A stretch of 64,000 nt of DNA from an uncultured Gemmatimonadales bacterium (GCA_963751925.1 CAVVWJ010000002.1:518774-582773), one strand, 5' to 3'; counted from the first letter of the stretch, positions 13,766 to 24,753 are shown. The notes: generated from the sequence alone by a model not told the origin. Translations and numbers: made by a program.

Positions 13766-14797
13766 GTGCCGTCCGCCGGACTTACCGCGCAGGCGGTCGC
13801 CGATCTGGTCGGTGGCCGCCTGCTTGGTAATGGGGAAGTGCGAATCCGGACTGTTCGGGCGCTCGATTGCGCCGGCCCTGACGCACTTTCTTTTGCTGTT
13901 TCCAGCCGCTACGCTGCCGAGCTGGAAAGCACCCGCGCCGGCGCAGTGCTGATCCCCGCCACCTTATCGCCATCGGCCGGATCCGGAACCCGGATCGTGG
14001 TAGCCGACCCCTACGCCGCGCTGGTGCGGGTGCTGCACGCGCTCTTTCCGGCGGAATCTCCCCGTCCATCCATCGACCCGAGCGCCCGCATCGGCACCGG
14101 GACCCTGCTCGGGTCCGACATTTCGATCGGGCCCAACGCAGTGCTCGGCCCCAACGTTCGCCTGGGTGACCGAGTCAGAGTGGGAGAGGGTGTGTCGCTG
14201 GGTGAAGGCGTCGTTATCGGAGACGACACCGTCATTCACCCGCGAGTCGTGTGCTATCCCGGAGCGACCATCGGCAAGCATGTAACCCTGAAGGCCGGCG
14301 CCGTCATCGGCGGAGACGGGTTCGGATACCTGTCGGACGGGACGCGCCACTCGAGAATTCCCCACGTCGGCGGCTGCATTGTCGAAGACGAGGTGGAGGT
14401 GGGCTCCAACTCCACCATCGATCGCGGCAGCATCGATGATACCAAAATTGGCCGAGGTACCAAGCTGGACAACCTGGTTCACATCGGTCACAACGTTCAC
14501 ATCGGTGAGCGCTGCTTGATCATGGCAGGGGTAGGCATCGCGGGCAGCACTCGGATCGGAAACGATGTCATTCTCGCGGGGCACGTGGGAGTCACCGATC
14601 ACCTCGTCATTGGAGACCGGGCTCGGATCGCTGCCAAGAGTGCGGTGTTCGGTGATGTCCCACCCGGCGCCTCCATGAGCGGCCATCCCGCGCGGGCTCA
14701 TCGCCAGTTCCTCAGAGCGCAGGCTGCGATGTACCGCCTGGCCCCCATCGTCGACGAGCTCGAACGCCTCGTGCCCGAGCGAGTTCGCCATGAGTAG
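13766..14797 (+). CDS. lpxD: UDP-3-O-acyl-glucosamine N-acyltransferase
   Basis: Hexapeptide repeats, GGDGFGY, IDRGS, KLDNLVHIGHN; GTG start inferred. Confidence 0.95.
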   Translation: MPSAGLTAQAVADLVGGRLLGNGEVRIRTVRALDCAGPDALSFAVSSRYAAELESTRAGAVLIPATLSPSAGSGTRIVVADPYAALVRVLHALFPAESPRPSIDPSARIGTGTLLGSDISIGPNAVLGPNVRLGDRVRVGEGVSLGEGVVIGDDTVIHPRVVCYPGATIGKHVTLKAGAVIGGDGFGYLSDGTRHSRIPHVGGCIVEDEVEVGSNSTIDRGSIDDTKIGRGTKLDNLVHIGHNVHIGERCLIMAGVGIAGSTRIGNDVILAGHVGVTDHLVIGDRARIAAKSAVFGDVPPGASMSGHPARAHRQFLRAQAAMYRLAPIVDELERLVPERVRHE

Positions 14798-16061
14798 GCG
14801 GACGCTTGCCAAGCCCGCATGCGTGAGCGGCATCGGCCTCCATAGCGGCACTCATGTCACTGCCATTTGCCGCGGGGCACCTTCGGGCCAGGGAATCATC
14901 TTCCGCCGGACCGACCTCCCGGGCGCACCCGAGATTCCAGCCCGCTTGGGGGAGGTGCAATCCACTGAGCGGAGGACAGTTCTCGGCCGTGGCGAGACAG
15001 TGGTGCAGACGGTAGAGCATCTGCTCGCGGCTGCGGCCGCGCTCCAACTGGATGATCTCACGGTTGAGATAGATGGCGCGGAGCCGCCGATCGGGGATGG
15101 CTCGTTTGCACCGTACCTGAATGCCATGGGCGAATCCGGGATTACCGAGCAGCCGGGAGATCCGATCGTGTATCGGGCTGTCACCCCGTCTCAGGTCACG
15201 GAAGGAGACTCGTCCTACCTGATTGCGCCCGCCAAGACGCTCCGACTGACCACCACAATCGAATGGAATCACCCGCTCATCGGCCGGCAGACTGGATCGT
15301 ACGACATCTCGGCGGGTGAGTTCGCCCGCGAGCTGGCCCAGGCCCGCACCTTCGGTTTTTTGAGAGAGGCGGACGCCCTCCGAGCCCGCGGGCTCGCACT
15401 GGGTGCCGCGCTCGAGTCGACACTGGTGCTGACTGACGACGGACTTGTTGGCGGCTCGCTACGATGGCCGGACGAGTTTGTGCGGCATAAGGCAGGGGAC
15501 ATCCTGGGCGACCTGGCACTGATTGGCGGACGGGTTCAGGCCGCGATCGTGGCCACAAAGCCGAGTCACCAGGGCAATATCGCACTGGCACGCTGGCTTA
15601 CCCGCACCGGAAAACGTGACGGAGGCATTGTGATGGACATCGGCCGGATCCTGGACGTGATCCCTCACCGCTACCCTTTTCTGCTGGTTGATCGAATTAT
15701 CGAGGTGGAAGGGACCAAGCGGATCGTCGGGATCAAGAACGTGACGATCAACGAGCCGTTCTTTCAGGGCCATTTCCCGGGCCATCCGATCATGCCTGGT
15801 GTGCTCATCATCGAAGCAATGGCCCAGGTCGGAGGGATGCTGCTTCTCGGCACGATCGAGGACCCGGACCAGAAGGTGGTGTACTTCATGTCGCTCGATA
15901 ACGTGAAGTTCCGCCGCCCGGTGTTGCCGGGGGATCAGCTCAGGTGCGAGCTGGAGATGCTGCAGAACCGCGGCCGGACCTGCCGCATGAAAGGCGTGGC
16001 CTATGTGGATGGGCAGGTCGTGGCTGAAGCCGAGATGATGGCTCGCGTGGTGGACCGGTGA
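14790..16061 (+). CDS. lpxC/fabZ: Bifunctional LpxC deacetylase / FabZ dehydratase
   Basis: [26 protein letters not shown] then [30 protein letters not shown]. Confidence 0.95.
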   Translation: MSRRTLAKPACVSGIGLHSGTHVTAICRGAPSGQGIIFRRTDLPGAPEIPARLGEVQSTERRTVLGRGETVVQTVEHLLAAAAALQLDDLTVEIDGAEPPIGDGSFAPYLNAMGESGITEQPGDPIVYRAVTPSQVTEGDSSYLIAPAKTLRLTTTIEWNHPLIGRQTGSYDISAGEFARELAQARTFGFLREADALRARGLALGAALESTLVLTDDGLVGGSLRWPDEFVRHKAGDILGDLALIGGRVQAAIVATKPSHQGNIALARWLTRTGKRDGGIVMDIGRILDVIPHRYPFLLVDRIIEVEGTKRIVGIKNVTINEPFFQGHFPGHPIMPGVLIIEAMAQVGGMLLLGTIEDPDQKVVYFMSLDNVKFRRPVLPGDQLRCELEMLQNRGRTCRMKGVAYVDGQVVAEAEMMARVVDR

Positions 16062-16834
16062 GCACGGCAATACATCCGACCGCTCTGATCGACGGCTCGG
16101 CCGAGCTCGGTGCCGGCGTAACGATCGGCCCCTTCGCCATGGTGGGCCCGCAGGTCACCGTGGGCGATCGCTGCCGTATCGGCCCGCGTGCCACGCTCAG
16201 CCGCAACGTACGGTTGGCGGAAGATGTCATTGTTGGTGATGGCTCGATCCTGGGTGGCGACCCCCAGGATCTCAAGTATGATGGCGAAGAGACCTGGGTC
16301 GAGGTCGGGCAGGGTACCATCATCCGCGAGTACTCTACCATCAATCGCGGGACCACTGCCACCTATAAAACGACGGTTGGCGCCCGCTGCTTCATCATGA
16401 CCTACGTCCACCTGGCCCACGACTGCCATGTCGGAGATGATGTCGTGATCGCCAATGCAACCCAATGCGCCGGGCACGTCACCATTCATGATCGGGCCAT
16501 TCTCAGCGGCCTCAACGCCGTCCATCAATTCGTCACCATTGGGACCTATGCCTTCGTCGGCGGCGGCTCGCGGGTGAATCAGGACATTCCGCCCTACGTC
16601 AAAGCCGTGGGCAATCCGATGGAGCTCTACGGACTCAACTCGATCGGCCTCCAGCGAGCCGGGTTTTCTGGCGAGACCGTGGCGGCACTCAAGCGGGCCT
16701 ATCGCCTCTTTTTCAACTCGGACCTGAATTTGTCCCAAGCGCTGGAGCGTGCCCGGACCGAGCTGCCGGCGCTTCCCGAGGTCGAGCGTTTCCTGGCATT
16801 CGTTGAATCGAGTGAACGAGGTGTTCCGGCGTGA
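16058..16834 (+). CDS. lpxA: Acyl-ACP--UDP-GlcNAc(3N) acyltransferase
   Basis: IHPTA, PQDLKY, HLAHDC, VHQF, GLNSIGL.R.GF. Confidence 0.96.
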   Translation: MSTAIHPTALIDGSAELGAGVTIGPFAMVGPQVTVGDRCRIGPRATLSRNVRLAEDVIVGDGSILGGDPQDLKYDGEETWVEVGQGTIIREYSTINRGTTATYKTTVGARCFIMTYVHLAHDCHVGDDVVIANATQCAGHVTIHDRAILSGLNAVHQFVTIGTYAFVGGGSRVNQDIPPYVKAVGNPMELYGLNSIGLQRAGFSGETVAALKRAYRLFFNSDLNLSQALERARTELPALPEVERFLAFVESSERGVPA

Positions 16835-17808
16835 TCGCCCGGCTGCCGGTCGGCGTGATCGGCGTTGGCGCGCTGGGCCAGCACCACGCGCGGCATCTGG
16901 CACAGCTGGACGAGGTGAAGCTGGTAGGCGTTTGTGACGTGGACGCCGAGCGCGCGGCCGCCATCGCGGACGAGCTCGGAACATCCGCCTTTGAGGACCT
17001 CGATGATCTGCTGGAGCGCTCGGAGGCTGTCACGGTTGCCGTACCAACGCCCGCCCACGGCGAAATAGGCCTCCGCGCACTCGAGCGGGGCGTTCCAGTG
17101 CTGATGGAGAAGCCGCTCACGGCGACACTGACGGAAGCCGACGATCTCATTGCTTCCGCCAACCGGCAGGGGCTCCAGCTTCAAGTCGGTCATATCGAGC
17201 GCTACAACCGCGCACTCCGCGCGGCAGAGCCCTACCTGGACGGTCCCCGCTATATCGAGAGCTTGCGACTCGCCCCCTTTCAGCCGAGAGGGACTGATGT
17301 CGCAGTGGTCCTGGACCTCATGATTCATGACCTCGATCTCGTGCTGCATCTCACCGGCAGCGAGGCGGTGGAGGTTCGTGCCTCGGGGCTTCCGGTCCTG
17401 TCACCCCATCTCGACATCGCGAATGCGCGGGTTGAATTCGCCAACGGTGCCGTGGCGCTCGCGACCGCCTCACGGGTCTCCCGGGAGCGCATTCGCCGGC
17501 TCCGGCTCTTTCAACCCAACGGATATTTCTCGCTCGATCTCGCCAGTGGCGCGGGTGAGTTCATGCGAGTTCGGGATGGATGGCAGCCCGGCACCGGGCG
17601 CGAACTGACCGATGTGGTGGAGCGGATCGTGCTCGAGGCTCCGGAGGCCGACGCGCTGGCGTTGGAGCTGCAGAGCTTCGTGCACGCGGTCCGGGGACAG
17701 CGCGAGGTCGTGGTCCGCGGTGAGGAGGGAAGGGCAGCCCTCGCCCTGGCCCTCAGAGTTGCGGACGCGGTTCGAACGCCGCCACTGGCCACCAGCAGCA
17801 CTCATTGA
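16831..17808 (+). CDS. Gfo/Idh/MocA oxidoreductase (GnnA-like by position)
   Basis: GVGALG..HAR, EKP, VGHIER.N, DLMIHDLD; between lpxA and lpxB. Confidence 0.85.
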   Translation: MIARLPVGVIGVGALGQHHARHLAQLDEVKLVGVCDVDAERAAAIADELGTSAFEDLDDLLERSEAVTVAVPTPAHGEIGLRALERGVPVLMEKPLTATLTEADDLIASANRQGLQLQVGHIERYNRALRAAEPYLDGPRYIESLRLAPFQPRGTDVAVVLDLMIHDLDLVLHLTGSEAVEVRASGLPVLSPHLDIANARVEFANGAVALATASRVSRERIRRLRLFQPNGYFSLDLASGAGEFMRVRDGWQPGTGRELTDVVERIVLEAPEADALALELQSFVHAVRGQREVVVRGEEGRAALALALRVADAVRTPPLATSSTH

Positions 17809-18938
17809 TGATCGGGCGAGCCCCGCCTCGCATCTTTATTTCTGCCGGCGAGCCGTCGGGCGATCTCCACGGAGCGAGCGTCGTTCGCGGACTCCGGGCC
17901 CGCTATCCGGATGCCGTCATCGAGGCCCTGGGCGGCCCCGAGATCGCCCGAGCTGGCGCCACCCTGCGGTACCGGATGGAAGGACTCGCGGCGTTCGGTC
18001 TGGTGGAAGTCGTCACCAAGATCCGGGCCCACTATCGCTTGCTGCGGGCGCTCAGGAATGATTTCCATCTGGGCCGATACGATCTTGTCATTCTGGTGGA
18101 CTATCCCGGTTTCCACGTTCGGGTGGCGGAAGCGGCGCACGCGGTAGGCACAAGAGTGTTGTACTACATCGCTCCCCAGCTCTGGGCCTGGCGTCCCGGC
18201 CGCGCGAGGCGGCTCGCTGCCGCGGTAGACCGGCTCGCCGTGGTGCTGCCCTTCGAGCAGATGTTTTTCGAAGGACTCGGGCTTCGAAGCGAGTACGTCG
18301 GTCATCCGCTGGTTGACCGGGGACCCTGGCCTACTCGGGCCGAAGCCAGAGCCCAACTGCAGATTGCCCCGGGAAGCCGTGTTCTCGGCATCTTCCCCGG
18401 GAGTAGGACGCAGGAAATTCGAAGGCTCTGGATCCCGTTCAGGGACGCCGCCCAGCGGCTTCTACGGGAGGGGTTCTGTGATCGCGTGCTGGTGGCGGGC
18501 ACGGCCACGGGCGTCTATCCCGATCCCGGACCCATCGAAATTGTGCGCGGCAATCCGGTACCACTCTTTGCAGCGGCCAATGCCGCCCTGGCCAAATCAG
18601 GGACGACGACCCTCGAAGCTGCCTTAGCCGATACGCCGATGGTCGTCGCATACAAGGTTCACCCCCTCACCTGGGCCATGTTCCAGCGGGTACGCACGGT
18701 ACGCTGGGTGAGCCTGGTGAATCTTGTCGCCGGCAGTGAAGTTGTACCCGAGCTGTTGCAGGATCAGGCATCCGCGGGTGATCTGGCTGAGGCGTTGAGA
18801 CCCCTTCTCGATCCGTCCGACCCCCGTACCGTCGCCCAACGGGAAGGTTTGGCCCTGGTGCGGGAGCGACTGGGCGAGGCGGGAGCCACCACTCGGGTGG
18901 TGGCGCTCGCAGTTGAGCTCCTCGGCGCGTCTGATTGA
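17805..18938 (+). CDS. lpxB: Lipid-A-disaccharide synthase
   Basis: AGEPSGDLHG, DYPGF, PQLWAWR, VGHPL, PGSR.QE, SGTTTLE. Confidence 0.96.
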   Translation: MMIGRAPPRIFISAGEPSGDLHGASVVRGLRARYPDAVIEALGGPEIARAGATLRYRMEGLAAFGLVEVVTKIRAHYRLLRALRNDFHLGRYDLVILVDYPGFHVRVAEAAHAVGTRVLYYIAPQLWAWRPGRARRLAAAVDRLAVVLPFEQMFFEGLGLRSEYVGHPLVDRGPWPTRAEARAQLQIAPGSRVLGIFPGSRTQEIRRLWIPFRDAAQRLLREGFCDRVLVAGTATGVYPDPGPIEIVRGNPVPLFAAANAALAKSGTTTLEAALADTPMVVAYKVHPLTWAMFQRVRTVRWVSLVNLVAGSEVVPELLQDQASAGDLAEALRPLLDPSDPRTVAQREGLALVRERLGEAGATTRVVALAVELLGASD

Positions 18939-19585
18939 AGGTATCGCCGAGAATCGTCCGGAATCTCGCCGGACCCGCCGTTCGCATGCTGGCGTCTACC
19001 TGGCGAGTCGCGGTCGCGAACGAGGAGCGGTGGCGCACGCTCTACCAAGCAGGTCGGCCCCACGTCTTCCTGCTCTGGCATGAGGCCCTCCTGCCGCTGC
19101 TGTGGCAACACCGCGCACAAGGCATAACAATCGTGGTGAGTGAGGCCCGCGACGGGCAGTATCTGTCGGACCTGGCTCTGGCACTGGGATACCGTGCAAT
19201 CCGGGGCTCCAGCACCCGAGGTGGAACCCGGGCCCTCCTCGGGGCCGTACGGGCCCTCCGGGCGGGAGGTGCGGTGGCTTTCACTCCCGATGGGCCGAGA
19301 GGACCTCGTCGCGAACTCAAGCCGGGTGTAATCGCTGCCGCGCAGCGTGGAGGTGGCCATGTTATACCCATCCACGCCGAGGCCGATCGAGCGTGGCGAT
19401 TACATTCATGGGATCGATTCATGATCCCGAAACCCCTGGCCCGCGTCCGAATCACCTACGGGAAGACCTTCGAAATCGAGCCTGGCGAAGCCGGGTTTGC
19501 CGAAGGGATGAGCCGGGCCGCGGCAGGACTCGCTGAGGTTACCACAAGGGACGCATGGCGCGACGAGGGGATACCCACAGAGTAG
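18935..19585 (+). CDS. DUF374 lysophospholipid/lipid A acyltransferase family
   Basis: LWH, S..RDG, RGSS.RGG, TPDGPRGP, SWDRF.IP.P. Confidence 0.85.
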   Translation: MKVSPRIVRNLAGPAVRMLASTWRVAVANEERWRTLYQAGRPHVFLLWHEALLPLLWQHRAQGITIVVSEARDGQYLSDLALALGYRAIRGSSTRGGTRALLGAVRALRAGGAVAFTPDGPRGPRRELKPGVIAAAQRGGGHVIPIHAEADRAWRLHSWDRFMIPKPLARVRITYGKTFEIEPGEAGFAEGMSRAAAGLAEVTTRDAWRDEGIPTE

Positions 19586-20595
19586 TACGGTGGCTCTGGA
19601 CCAGCCGGAGACCCGACGCGAGGCTCGTCCGTCTGGCTCTCCTGCCGGCCTCGGGTCTCTGGCGCGGCGCCATGGCAGTGCGCGAGGCGGCGTACCACCG
19701 TGGGTGGCTGGGGGTGCGTGATCTCCCTCTTCCATCGGTCGCGGTCGGAAACCTGACCGTCGGCGGGTCCGGCAAGACGCCGATCGCCATCTGGATTGCG
19801 CGTCACTATGTCAGCCGGGGACTCGTCCCCGGCATCTTGCTGAGAGGGTACGGCGGTGACGAAGTGCTGGTTCACCAGCACGCGGTCCCCACGGCGGTGG
19901 TCGTTGCCAATCCGGATCGAGCCGCGGGCGCGGAGCGCGCGATGGCGGCAGGTGCCGAGGTGCTGGTACTCGACGACGCCTACCAGAGGCTCGACGTCCG
20001 GCGTGATTTCAATGTCGCAGTAGTGAGCGCTGAGACCACCCGTGCTGTTCGGTGGCCCTTGCCTGCCGGTCCCTGGCGTGAAGGTTTGAGCGCGCTGGAT
20101 CGGGCAGATGGCGTGATCGTCACCCGGAAGCGGGCTAACGCTGAAGCGGCGTCCGCGCTCGCCGCCGAGTTGCAGGCCAGGGTCAAAGGACCGATTGCGG
20201 TCGCCCATCTGGGGATGAGCTATCTCGAAGGCATGGTGAGTGGGGCGCGGCTGCCCGCGTCAGCGCTGGCTGGCAAGCGGGTAGTAGCGGCATCCGGCAT
20301 CGCTGACCCAGACGCTTTTGTGGCGCAAACGAAGGCCACAGGGGCGGCCGTCCAGGTTGCCACCTGGAAGGACCACCATGACTACCGTGATGAGGACGTT
20401 GCCTGGCTGGCTCACGCCGCGCGCCGGGCAGATCACGTCGTCATTACTCAGAAGGATGCAGTCAAACTGAGAAAGCGGTGGCCGGTCTCCGTACCTGAGC
20501 CGCTGGTTGCAATGCTGGACCTGGAGTGGGAAGAGGGTGGCGATGCGATCGCTGCCGCGCTGGATGCCGTCGTGACACCGGTGGAGCGACTGTAA
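19555..20595 (+). CDS. lpxK: Tetraacyldisaccharide 4'-kinase
   Basis: [38 protein letters not shown]. Confidence 0.93.
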   Translation: MARRGDTHRVVRWLWTSRRPDARLVRLALLPASGLWRGAMAVREAAYHRGWLGVRDLPLPSVAVGNLTVGGSGKTPIAIWIARHYVSRGLVPGILLRGYGGDEVLVHQHAVPTAVVVANPDRAAGAERAMAAGAEVLVLDDAYQRLDVRRDFNVAVVSAETTRAVRWPLPAGPWREGLSALDRADGVIVTRKRANAEAASALAAELQARVKGPIAVAHLGMSYLEGMVSGARLPASALAGKRVVAASGIADPDAFVAQTKATGAAVQVATWKDHHDYRDEDVAWLAHAARRADHVVITQKDAVKLRKRWPVSVPEPLVAMLDLEWEEGGDAIAAALDAVVTPVERL

Positions 20596-20624
20596 ACAAC
20601 CTTGCGGAGCGTAGCGAAACCCCT

Positions 20625-21929
20625 ATGACCACCGTCAGCCGTCCCAATCAAGATCTGATTCGTCCCGACAAGGACAAGTTTCTCAGTGAAGAGAACCCGT
20701 TCGAGGCGATGATGTCTCGCTTCGACTACGCGGCGCAGCGACTGAGTCTCGATCCCGGCCTTTACAAGGTGCTGCGGAGCCCGGAAAAACAGATCATCGT
20801 TTCGGTGCCGATCCTGCGCGACAACGGGGACACCGACGTATATGTGGGGTACCGGGTGCTCTACAACACTTCCCGCGGCCCAGCCAAGGGCGGCATCAGA
20901 TTCGATCTGAACGTCACCCTGGATGAAGTGAAGGCGCTCGCCGCCTGGATGACCTGGAAGTGCGCCGTGGTCAACATCCCCTTTGGAGGATCCAAGGGAG
21001 GCGTTGTCTGCGATCCGAGCACCATGTCGAACCCCGAGCTGGAGCGAGTCACCCGCCGCTACACCTCCGCTATCATCGAAACGCTTGGCCCCGATTCCGA
21101 CGTGCCCGCGCCGGACATGAATACCAACGAGCGGGTGATGGCCTGGATTATGGATACCTACTCCATGCACAAGCGGCACACGGTTACCTCGGTGGTCACC
21201 GGAAAGCCGGTCGAGATGGGTGGATCACTGGGGCGGCGCGAGGCCACCGGCCGCGGCTGCATGCTGGTGACCCGCCAGGCGCTCAACCGGCTCCGCATGC
21301 CGGTGCAGGGAAGTCGCGTAGCGGTGCAAGGATTCGGCAACGTTGGCTCCGTCTCGGCAACGCTGATGGAGCAGCAAGGGATGAAGATCATTGCCGTCAG
21401 CGACAAATCCGGAGGCATCTACAACGCCAAAGGACTTAAAATCAAGGAAGTCATTCAGCACGTGCGGCAACATCGCCTGCTCAGCGGCTACAAGGAGGCG
21501 GAGAAGATCACCAACGACGAGCTCCTGACGATCGACTGCGATGTTCTGGTCCCCGCCGCTCTCGAAAATGTGATCACCAGCCACAACGCGGCTGACATCA
21601 AAGCCCGGATCATCTGCGAAGGTGCCAATGGGCCTACCACGGCAGGGGCCGACAAAATCCTGGAAGAGAACGGGGTCTTCGTCATTCCGGATATTCTGGC
21701 CAACGCCGGCGGCGTGACAGTCAGCTATTTCGAGTGGGTTCAGGACCGTGGCGGCTACTTCTGGGACGAGGAAACCGTGAACCAGCGGCTCGAACGAATC
21801 ATGGTTCAGTCCTTTGACGAAGTAGCCTCGATGGCTGGACGCCACGGCATCAACATGCGCATTGGCGCCTATATGCAGGCGATCGAGCGAGTGGCGGCGG
21901 TTCATCGGTTGCGAGGGATGTACGCCTAG
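20625..21929 (+). CDS. gdhA: Glu/Leu/Phe/Val dehydrogenase (glutamate dehydrogenase)
   Basis: [58 protein letters not shown]. Confidence 0.93.
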   Translation: MTTVSRPNQDLIRPDKDKFLSEENPFEAMMSRFDYAAQRLSLDPGLYKVLRSPEKQIIVSVPILRDNGDTDVYVGYRVLYNTSRGPAKGGIRFDLNVTLDEVKALAAWMTWKCAVVNIPFGGSKGGVVCDPSTMSNPELERVTRRYTSAIIETLGPDSDVPAPDMNTNERVMAWIMDTYSMHKRHTVTSVVTGKPVEMGGSLGRREATGRGCMLVTRQALNRLRMPVQGSRVAVQGFGNVGSVSATLMEQQGMKIIAVSDKSGGIYNAKGLKIKEVIQHVRQHRLLSGYKEAEKITNDELLTIDCDVLVPAALENVITSHNAADIKARIICEGANGPTTAGADKILEENGVFVIPDILANAGGVTVSYFEWVQDRGGYFWDEETVNQRLERIMVQSFDEVASMAGRHGINMRIGAYMQAIERVAAVHRLRGMYA

Positions 21930-21948
21930 GCCGGCACGCAGGTAGCCG

Positions 21949-22413
21949 GTGGAGATCACCGTCGTGGCCGTTGGTAAGCTGCGATCCTATTACCGCGAGG
22001 CCTGCGACGACTATGCTCGGCGACTCAAGCGCTACGTCACCTTTGCGGAGCAGGAGGTTCGCGAAGCCAGCCGCGCACCAACCACTGCGGCACAGCTAAA
22101 GGACGAGGCTGCGCGACTCGGCGGAAAGCTCAGCGAGAAGACCACGATCGTCGCGCTCGCCCGGCAGGGAAGCGGCTGGAGCAGCAGCGGGCTGGCACAG
22201 CAGCTGAACCGCTGGATGGTGACAGCCCGGCCCGTGGCGCTGGTGATCGGCGGCTCGAACGGTTTGGACCCTGAGCTCCTCACCCACTCGAACAGCCGCT
22301 GGAGCCTGGGTCCACTTACACTTCCTCATGAGCTCGCCCGGGTCGTGGTGTTCGAGCAGCTGTACCGGGCATTCACGATCCTGCGAGGCGAGCCGTATCA
22401 TAAGGGGGTCTAG
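21949..22413 (+). CDS. rlmH: 23S rRNA pseudouridine-1915 N3-methyltransferase
   Basis: VAVGK, IGGSNGL, LTLPHELAR...EQLYRA..I..GEPYHK. Confidence 0.95.
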   Translation: MEITVVAVGKLRSYYREACDDYARRLKRYVTFAEQEVREASRAPTTAAQLKDEAARLGGKLSEKTTIVALARQGSGWSSSGLAQQLNRWMVTARPVALVIGGSNGLDPELLTHSNSRWSLGPLTLPHELARVVVFEQLYRAFTILRGEPYHKGV

Positions 22414-22499
22414 AGTCTAGAGCCGGGACTCTAGAGTCTAGAAACAGCGGCGCGCGGGAGATACCGTCGACCCTTGACTCTCGACTCTTGACCCTCGAT
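22408..22499. repeat. Inverted heptamer tandem-repeat element (GTCTAGA)n...(YCTYGAC)n
   Basis: GTCTAGA GTCTAGA GCCGGGA CTCTAGA GTCTAGA at 22408-22442; CCTTGAC TCTCGAC TCTTGAC CCTCGAT at 22472-22499. Confidence 0.8.
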
Positions 22500-22501
22500 C
22501 A

Positions 22502-23218
22502 ATGACCGAATGGTTCGAAGAGTGGTTCGGTGAAGACTACCTCCGGCTCTACCCGCACCGCGACGAGGCCGAGGCGGAGCGAGCAGTCGCATCGATCCTT
22601 CGAGCTGTACCGTACCAACCGGGGTGGCGGGTCCTCGATGTGGCCTGCGGCGCAGGCCGCCATACCCGTGCCTTCACAGCCCACGCCGCACAGTGCACCG
22701 GCATCGATCTCTCCGCCACGCTCCTGCGTCTCGCGCGGAAGGCGACAACTGCTCCGCTGGTACGCGCCGACATGCGGAGTCTGCCCATCCGCCCTGGGTC
22801 CATGGACCTGACCGTCAACCTGTTCACCAGCTTTGGCTACTTCGATCAGGATTCGGAGCACCGTACAGCCCTGGCCGAGATGATTGCTACCATCCGGCCC
22901 GGAGGCTGGTTCGTGATAGACTTTTTAAATCCAGCGACCGTTCGCCGTGGGCTGGTGCCGGAGGAAACGGTGAAGCTTTCCGGGTCCACTGTACGCGTGT
23001 CCCGCTCTGTATCCCCCGACGGGCGTTACGTCTGCAAAAGTATTCGCGCCCCCGAAGGAAAAGCCTTTACGGAGAGAGTTCGCCTCTTCGAGCCTGATCA
23101 GATCTCAGGAATGATCGAGAGCTTGGGCATGACTGTCCGGTTTCGATATGGGGACTACGACGCCAGCGCCCTGAGCATCGACAGTGCCCGCACCATTCTC
23201 GTAAGTCAGCTCGGATGA
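22502..23218 (+). CDS. Class I SAM-dependent methyltransferase
   Basis: VLDVACGAGRH, GIDLS, ADMR, NLFTSFGYF; ATGA-coupled to bshC. Confidence 0.9.
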   Translation: MTEWFEEWFGEDYLRLYPHRDEAEAERAVASILRAVPYQPGWRVLDVACGAGRHTRAFTAHAAQCTGIDLSATLLRLARKATTAPLVRADMRSLPIRPGSMDLTVNLFTSFGYFDQDSEHRTALAEMIATIRPGGWFVIDFLNPATVRRGLVPEETVKLSGSTVRVSRSVSPDGRYVCKSIRAPEGKAFTERVRLFEPDQISGMIESLGMTVRFRYGDYDASALSIDSARTILVSQLG

Positions 23219-24744
23219 CACTCCGAATCGTTCCAACCCCGTTTGCGCCGATCTCGGACCTGCCGTCGCCCAGGGAAGGGCAGTTCGATCCGGCTCTGGG
23301 GGAGGCGGTGGTGCCGTCCCCCGCCCGGGCTACGGCGTTGGAAAGACTGGCTGAGCCCGGCGCGTTCGCCGTCACCACTGGTCAACAGCCGGGGCTGTTC
23401 ACCGGTCCACTCTACACCATTCACAAGGCGCTCTCCACGGCCGCGCTGGCACGCGTGCTGGAGCGGCAATGGCAGCATCCGGTCGTCCCGGTGTTTTGGG
23501 TAGCTGGTGACGACCATGACTACGCCGAGGCGAGCCACGCATCGTGGGTGGCGCCGGACGGAGTGGTGAAGACCTTTCAACTCCCCCCTCGGCCACCTGA
23601 CGCACCGCTCACGCCGATGTATCGCGAGCTGCTGGGACCGGAGATCGAGAATGCATTGGAGACCTTGGCCTCGGACCTGCCGGCATCCGAGTTTCGGGAC
23701 AGCACCCTTGACTGGCTCCGACGCCACTATAGGCCGACCGCAACCGTGGCGGGAAGCTTTGCCGGTGCGCTGGCGGAGATATTGGCACCTGCCGGGATCA
23801 TTTGCCTCGACAGCACCCATCCGGCGGTGAAGCGAGCCGAGGCGCGTCACCTGATTCGGGCGCTGGGGCTCGCCCGCGACCTCGACCGCGACCTCGCGTC
23901 CCGGGCTGAAGAGTTACAGATGGCCGGAATGGACCCCGGTGTTCCGGTCGGGGACGGTGCGACCCTCGTTATGCTGGAGGCGTCCCAGGGGCGAGATCGC
24001 CTCGTCGCGGAGGATGGCGCGTTCGTCACCAGGCGTAGCCGCGAGCGCTTTGATTTGGCCATGCTGCAGCAGATCGGCGCCTCCGAGCCCGAGCGGCTTT
24101 CTCCCAATGTCCTGCTACGCCCAGTGATCGAGAGCGCCCTGATTCCGACAGCGGCCTATCTGGCTGGTCCCGGTGAGCTACGCTATCTCGGATTAACCCA
24201 GCCGGTATATGAGCGAATGCGGATTCCTCGCCAGCTCGCGACACCACGGTGGTCCGGAATTCTGGTGGAGCCCAAGGTTGATCGCGTGCTTCAGAAATTT
24301 CAGATCGACCTGCGCGACTTGTTGGAACCTCCGGGTGCACTGGAGCAGCGTCTGATTCGCTCGCAGCTGCCGGACGAAGCGGTTCGGGCGCTGGCAGCGA
24401 TGCGGGAGTCCCTTGAATCCGGATACGAATCGCTGGGTCAGAGCGCGGCTGTAATCGATCCGACGCTCGCGCGTCCAGTGCAGGGTGCCAAGCATCAGGC
24501 ATTGTCAGGACTTCAGGATGTCGAGCGAAAGCTGATTCAGCATCTCAAGCGGCGGCAGGAGACCGAACTGAACCAGATCGTACGGGCTCGTGCCATGGTC
24601 TTGCCCGAGAACAAGCCGCAGGAACGGGTGCTCACCATCGCTCCGTTCCTGGCGCGCTACGGAACGACGCTTATCACCGAGTTGTGTGACTCCATTGAAG
24701 CCTGGTATGCGGCCGCCCTTGAAGGGGCCCTGCATCCTTCGTAG
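23215..24744 (+). CDS. bshC: Bacillithiol biosynthesis cysteine-adding enzyme
   Basis: TTGQQPGLFTGPLYT..KA, FWVAGDDHD..E, SPNVLLRP, AGPGE..Y, PQERV. Confidence 0.92.
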   Translation: MTLRIVPTPFAPISDLPSPREGQFDPALGEAVVPSPARATALERLAEPGAFAVTTGQQPGLFTGPLYTIHKALSTAALARVLERQWQHPVVPVFWVAGDDHDYAEASHASWVAPDGVVKTFQLPPRPPDAPLTPMYRELLGPEIENALETLASDLPASEFRDSTLDWLRRHYRPTATVAGSFAGALAEILAPAGIICLDSTHPAVKRAEARHLIRALGLARDLDRDLASRAEELQMAGMDPGVPVGDGATLVMLEASQGRDRLVAEDGAFVTRRSRERFDLAMLQQIGASEPERLSPNVLLRPVIESALIPTAAYLAGPGELRYLGLTQPVYERMRIPRQLATPRWSGILVEPKVDRVLQKFQIDLRDLLEPPGALEQRLIRSQLPDEAVRALAAMRESLESGYESLGQSAAVIDPTLARPVQGAKHQALSGLQDVERKLIQHLKRRQETELNQIVRARAMVLPENKPQERVLTIAPFLARYGTTLITELCDSIEAWYAAALEGALHPS

Positions 24745-24753
24745 ACTCGACCC

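Noticed and set aside
14790-16061. LpxC-FabZ fusion as a novelty
   Set aside because: Known fusion in Bacteroidota, Chlorobiota and related phyla
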